Part shown: one piece after another, positions 59,942 to 64,000 of the stretch
Numbering within the stretch: the stretch's first letter is position 1
Layout of the letters: each line of letters starts with the position of its first letter
From: Nitrospinaceae bacterium
GTDB lineage: Bacteria > Nitrospinota > Nitrospinia > Nitrospinales > Nitrospinaceae
Assembly (NCBI GenBank): GCA_965223665.1
Contig: OZ245011.1
Coordinates: forward strand, 3,136,001 to 3,200,000
Direction: 5' to 3'
Length of the DNA stretch: 64,000 nucleotides
Translations under genes and position numbers: made by a program
Notes under the pieces: model-generated
The model's database searches: none
Told to the model about the DNA's origin: nothing
What the model saw: only the letters and a program-made list of their open reading frames with translations

Positions 59942-60466
59942 ATGACAAAATACAAATTATTAAACGCTTTTACTTTGGCAACGATATTAACCGCGTCCCC
60001 AGCTTTGGCAGACAACGGGGGATTTGGACAAAAAGTAGAAAACCATTGGGATAGAAAAGGAAACCGAATTGAAAATAGATTAGATGCTAAAGGGGATCGT
60101 ATTAATAATCATTTAGAAAATAAGGGGCAACGGATTGATGATCGTTTAGATGCTAAAGGTCAAAGAATTAATGATCGTCTGGATAACCTGTCCGAGCGAG
60201 CAAAACAGCAGGGAAAAGATGGTTTAGCACGAAAATTAGACCGTAGAGGAAATCGAATTGAACGAAAACTGGACAGAAAAGGAAATAGAATTGAGCGTAA
60301 ATTAGATCGTAGGGGAAATCGAATCGATCGAAAATTAGATCGAAAAGGAAAAAAAATTAATCGACGTATGGACCGTAAAGGAAAACGACTCCATCGAAGA
60401 ATTGACCGCCGAAGCTTTTTTGTTCCTATGAATTTAAACTCCAAAGTTACAAATAACTTTGCTTAA
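59942..60466 (+). CDS. Exported basic protein with 11-aa repeats
   Basis: RBS AGGAGG; signal peptide ending PALA; repeated (R/K)LD(R/A)(K/R)GxRIxx units. Confidence 0.8.
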   Translation: MTKYKLLNAFTLATILTASPALADNGGFGQKVENHWDRKGNRIENRLDAKGDRINNHLENKGQRIDDRLDAKGQRINDRLDNLSERAKQQGKDGLARKLDRRGNRIERKLDRKGNRIERKLDRRGNRIDRKLDRKGKKINRRMDRKGKRLHRRIDRRSFFVPMNLNSKVTNNFA

Positions 60467-60622
60467 AGTCTATAACGAGAAAAAATACTTTTGGGAATAC
60501 TTGAATGTGTAGGCCCGGTTTATAAAGATTTTCGAACCATTATACTATGAAAGGAGGATAGAGATCCTTAATTCGTTTAAAAGATCTCTTTCTCTTTTCA
60601 TGTTCAAGAAAATTCCTAAACT

Positions 60623-61150
60623 ATGGAAGAATTTTTAGCATCGGTGGAAAAAAGGGCATTTCAAATGGCCCATTTTGCAACAGGTAATATTGATGAAGCA
60701 ATGGATATTGTTCAAGATAGTATGTTGCAACTAGTTCGTACTTATTCGAATAAACCCAAGGAAGAACTGCGTCCATTATTTTTTCAAATATTGCAAAATC
60801 GGATTCGTGATTGGTATAGAAGACAAAGTGTTCGAAATCGATTGTATTCATTATGGAGTAACTTTAAAAATCATGATGAGGGACTGGAGAATCCTATTGA
60901 TTTACTACCTGATACTAGGGCATCAAAACCTGAGGATGGTGTTGCTGAAAAGTTTACCAGGGTAAAGCTTGAAAAAGTGCTTAAAGAATTACCATTGCGT
61001 CAACAGCAGGCTTTTCTTTTAAGAGCATGGGAAGAACTTAGTATTTCAGAAACTGCGTTGGCTATGAAATGTTCAGAAGGTTCGGTGAAATCTCATTATT
61101 TTCGTGCTTTACAAACTCTACGTGAAAAATTGGAAGGTTTGGAATTATGA
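60623..61150 (+). CDS. ECF RNA polymerase sigma factor
   Basis: Region 2 DIVQDSM...NRIRDWYRR; region 4 LP.RQQQAFLLR.WEELS..ETA..M.CSEGSVKSH.FRA. Confidence 0.95.
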   Translation: MEEFLASVEKRAFQMAHFATGNIDEAMDIVQDSMLQLVRTYSNKPKEELRPLFFQILQNRIRDWYRRQSVRNRLYSLWSNFKNHDEGLENPIDLLPDTRASKPEDGVAEKFTRVKLEKVLKELPLRQQQAFLLRAWEELSISETALAMKCSEGSVKSHYFRALQTLREKLEGLEL

Positions 61151-61500
61151 AAACTAATGATTCAAAGGATAAATTTATAAAACGAATCAAAGAAGAATTA
61201 GATGGTGCCGAAGACAACCTTGATCCTGGCATTAAATCTAGATTAAGCCGAATGCGCTATCAGGTTTTAGAATCTCAAAAAGAAACTCACTGGTTTCCAA
61301 ACAGGATTCTAAATCCAAAGGTGGTATTTGCATCTTTTGTCATTTTGATCTTGGCGAGTGTTTTATTAATCAAATCACCAACCTCGGTTAATCTAGACTT
61401 TGAAGATGTCGATCTTTTGATATCTACTGAACAACCTGAATTTTACGAAGATTTGGATTTCTATGTTTGGCTAGAACTGGAAGGGATCGATGCAGGTTAA
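61147..61500 (+). CDS. Putative single-TM anti-sigma factor (DUF3619-like)
   Basis: ATGA overlap with the sigma gene; LD...SRL..R, one TM helix and C-terminal EDLDFYVWL. Confidence 0.72.
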   Translation: MKTNDSKDKFIKRIKEELDGAEDNLDPGIKSRLSRMRYQVLESQKETHWFPNRILNPKVVFASFVILILASVLLIKSPTSVNLDFEDVDLLISTEQPEFYEDLDFYVWLELEGIDAG

Positions 61501-61750
61501 AAATATTTTATGGATTTTGTCCCTTATCCTTTGGAACTTATTTCCTTTAGGAGTTTTTGCAGAGGATTCTCCACAGGACAAAGGAAAGCCATCAGACCAA
61601 GATATTGAAGATGAGGTTCCATCCATGGAATTATTGGAATTTTTAGCAGATTTTGAAACAGATGAAGGGCAGTGGTTGGATCCGGAAGACCTCGATCAAA
61701 TTGATTTACCAGAGCCCAAGCAAGGTGAAAATGAAAAATCAGATAAATAA
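61490..61750 (+). CDS. Small acidic exported protein
   Basis: Signal peptide ending VFA; PSMELLEFLADFE...G.WLDP; overlaps both neighbours. Confidence 0.7.
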   Translation: MQVKNILWILSLILWNLFPLGVFAEDSPQDKGKPSDQDIEDEVPSMELLEFLADFETDEGQWLDPEDLDQIDLPEPKQGENEKSDK

Positions 61751-62279
61751 AACTATAGGGATAAGTGCAGTTTTTTGTTTGATCAGTCTTTTTAATTTAT
61801 CTTTTGTATTAGCTGAAGATAATCCTGTTTTGTGGAATTCCCTATCCCAAAAGGAACAAAAAATTTTAAAACCCTTTTCAGAGAAATGGAATCAATTACC
61901 GGTTGAACGACAACGTAAACTACAAAAGGGAGCCATACGCTGGTCTAGGCTAAGCCCAGATGAGCGCGCAACCTTTAAACAGCGTTTTAGAAGGTGGAAG
62001 CAATTCCCTTCGGAAAAGCGAGAACGAATCCGAAAAAAATTTAGACAATTTCGAAACTTGTCGCCAAATCAGCGGAAAAACATTCGCCAAACACGAAAAT
62101 GGTTTCGGAATTTGCCCCCTAAGCAACAGCAAAAATTTAAAAAACGTTGGCGTAATCTTTCCCCTGAAAAAAAGAAAGCATTCAAAAAGCGAATGCGAAA
62201 CATGACTCCTCAACAACGAAAGCGTTTCCTGAATCATAAGAAAAGGAAATTTCAAAAACATCGACGTGGTAAAAAGTAA
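61731..62279 (+). CDS. DUF3106-like exported helical-repeat protein
   Basis: Signal peptide ending VLA; about 18-aa W/FxxLSPEQR repeats. ATG 61731 preferred over 61653. Confidence 0.8.
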   Translation: MKNQINKTIGISAVFCLISLFNLSFVLAEDNPVLWNSLSQKEQKILKPFSEKWNQLPVERQRKLQKGAIRWSRLSPDERATFKQRFRRWKQFPSEKRERIRKKFRQFRNLSPNQRKNIRQTRKWFRNLPPKQQQKFKKRWRNLSPEKKKAFKKRMRNMTPQQRKRFLNHKKRKFQKHRRGKK

Positions 62280-62328
62280 ATAATTATCCTCAAGGTTTAG
62301 CTTGCCAAAAATTAATTTATTACTTTTG

Positions 62329-62811
62329 CTAGGGTTTTATATAAATGTATCCTTCCCGTTGCAAGTCGGCAATTCGTTTTACAGCCACTGGATGACCTGT
62401 AGGTTTAAAACCGGGAGCCAGTTTGTCTAATGGAGTATTAAATAATTTCATCGATACCTGACACATTTCAGCATCGATTCCTTGATCTAACACTTTCTTT
62501 AGTTTGGCTTTAAGTTCTGGATCAATAGTATCTGCTTTAAATAAATGAAGTGCCGGGCCGTGTACAACAAGCTTGACATCTATTTTATCTGGTCCGCCCT
62601 CTGCTTCAATATGTTTATTGATCAATGCCATTGCATATTTTGCTGTTCCCAAATCTTTACCATCTACATGATACAAAACTTTAACTTTTTCATCTGCCCA
62701 GGCAGTGCTAAACTCCGAATTAATTACTCCAACGAGAGATAATATAAACAAAAAGACAACCGCTGAAAGTATTTTTGAGGCAATGGATGAGTATTTATAT
62801 TTTAATGACAT
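62329..62811 (-). CDS. Exported DsrE/DsrF-like family protein
   Basis: Signal peptide ending AWA; VLYHVD, VVHGPAL, EMCQVSM and LQREGYIYIKP motifs. ATG 62811 has an RBS (GGAGG). Confidence 0.8.
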   Translation of the reverse strand: MSLKYKYSSIASKILSAVVFLFILSLVGVINSEFSTAWADEKVKVLYHVDGKDLGTAKYAMALINKHIEAEGGPDKIDVKLVVHGPALHLFKADTIDPELKAKLKKVLDQGIDAEMCQVSMKLFNTPLDKLAPGFKPTGHPVAVKRIADLQREGYIYIKP

Positions 62812-63044
62812 GACGTCCTCCGTCGAATAGATAGATTTCATATGAATTAGATAAACAATTGTATCACGGATTTTTAAACCGGGTTTAAATAGAATGAAGT
62901 AAATTTCATACTTGAGAGTCAGGAGTATTTCATCACCTCTATCGTTCCAATAAAAGTAGTTCTTTGTGCTAACATAAAATGTTTTTAAGAGATCAAAAAA
63001 TAAAAAAGTAATTTTAAATTTAGTTGCCTATTTTTATGGGTAAA

Positions 63045-63416
63045 TTACTTCGGTATGGGAGGGAGATCATTGTATGAAATTTTGTAACCAGGATGACCAA
63101 ATTCTAAAAGTAGATGAATCACTTGTTTTATTGCTGCCACATGATATTTTCGGCTTGCCATTCCATCAAAATGAGGATCATTTTCTTCAATAGATATGGA
63201 ACCAGGTTTCAGGTAGTTTAAATAGAATGCTCCCAAAGGTCTAAATTTTTCCAAGGGCTCATCCTCCGGGCAGGAATTTACTATTATCATATGAATGTCT
63301 TCACCAGGAGTAGAATACACCTCAAACAAGCCCCCTTTTTGAATACTATTTGTCTGGCAGTAGTTCAAAATGCGTTGGGCGTCCTGAATATTGATTTCTT
63401 TAAATAGAGTATGCAT
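63045..63416 (-). CDS. Hypothetical protein
   Basis: 123-aa ORF; no recognised motif. Confidence 0.55.
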   Translation of the reverse strand: MHTLFKEINIQDAQRILNYCQTNSIQKGGLFEVYSTPGEDIHMIIVNSCPEDEPLEKFRPLGAFYLNYLKPGSISIEENDPHFDGMASRKYHVAAIKQVIHLLLEFGHPGYKISYNDLPPIPK

Positions 63417-63518
63417 AAATAAACGGTCCCTTAACTTAATATATTAATATCAGGAAATTTCCCGTTTTCAATTAAATAATGGTAATCTGAGTTTTGAAAT
63501 TTTCTAAGTGAGGTTTTC

Positions 63519-64000
63519 ATGCCAAACTCAATGGACAAATGGTTAGAAAAATTTAAAAACCTTGAAAAAGAACTTTTACAAGAAATTCAAAAAAAAGAAA
63601 AAGAATTTTTTTATAAAATAAGAAAGAAACGCGTTCGATTTGAGAAAGAGGTTCGACAACAACATAAGCTCCTTGTAAAAAAAACTTTTCGTTATATCAA
63701 AGACGCTCGAATTCTTGTAATTTTAACGGCTCCTATCATTTGGTTCTGCCTGGTGCCGGCATTATTGATGGATTTAGTGATTTCATTTTATCAAACTATT
63801 TGTTTCCCTATTTATGGAATTCCTAAAGTAAAAAGGGGAGATTTTATTGTGATTGACCGTCATTATTTGGCTTATTTAAATCCCATTGAGAAAATGAATT
63901 GTGTCTATTGTGGTTATTTCAATGGGGTCATTGCTTATAGTCGGGAAATTGCAGCTAGAACCGAACAGTATTGGTGCCCTATCAAGCATGCTCGAAAATC
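63519..64000 (+). CDS. Hypothetical membrane protein with Cys motifs (3' truncated by the window)
   Basis: Not in the ORF track. Manual translation from ATG 63519 (RBS GAGG) stays open to the end: ...TAPIIW...DRHYLAYLN.IEK.NCVYCGYFNG...ARTEQYWCPIKHARK. Confidence 0.75.
   Translation, partial: MPNSMDKWLEKFKNLEKELLQEIQKKEKEFFYKIRKKRVRFEKEVRQQHKLLVKKTFRYIKDARILVILTAPIIWFCLVPALLMDLVISFYQTICFPIYGIPKVKRGDFIVIDRHYLAYLNPIEKMNCVYCGYFNGVIAYSREIAARTEQYWCPIKHARK

Noticed and set aside
60040-60410. CRISPR-like 33-bp periodicity
   Set aside because: The repeats are degenerate, contiguous and in frame within a protein; there are no unique spacers or cas genes.
1-64000. tRNA, rRNA, IS elements, prophage and known defence systems
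   Set aside because: No cloverleaf, rRNA-like tract, transposase, integrase, phage structural gene or recognisable defence gene was seen.

Overview
AT-rich, gene-dense bacterial chromosomal segment with about 55 CDS and no rRNA, tRNA, CRISPR array or recognisable transposase/integrase. Gene content (tandem RI-like LRR proteins, DUF3365 heme protein, LDH-like mdh next to glnD, DUF1566) is reminiscent of Nitrospinota, but this taxonomic call is an inference only. Left to right: histidine utilisation (hutI partial, hutU, hutG); a ferritin-like/Zn-ribbon/DHH trio; an orphan OppA; two LRR proteins; an AT-rich convergent gene pair; a monocistronic HydB/NuoF-like flavoprotein; a 7-blade FG-GAP surface protein; arsC; a metallophosphoesterase; mdh; glnD; pheA-tyrA-cmk-rpsA-sppA-ihfB; aroC; a secondary fatty-acid-synthase cluster (fabF, acp, two CrtI-like FAD oxidoreductases, fabG, fabZ, fabI); ispF; trhP; a K+ channel; an HD-GYP regulator; panE; a purple-acid-phosphatase-like protein with three DNRLRE domains (apparently exact 558-bp duplication); and an ECF sigma/anti-sigma/DUF3106 locus. 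Best candidate for an undescribed system is the FAS-II plus paired CrtI-like cluster (unknown lipid product). Runners-up: the stand-alone, probably NADPH-preferring HydB-like protein; a GlnD with a degenerate HD domain; and two phosphatases sharing the same non-canonical metal-ligand swaps. All motif comparisons were made by eye; no searches were run.
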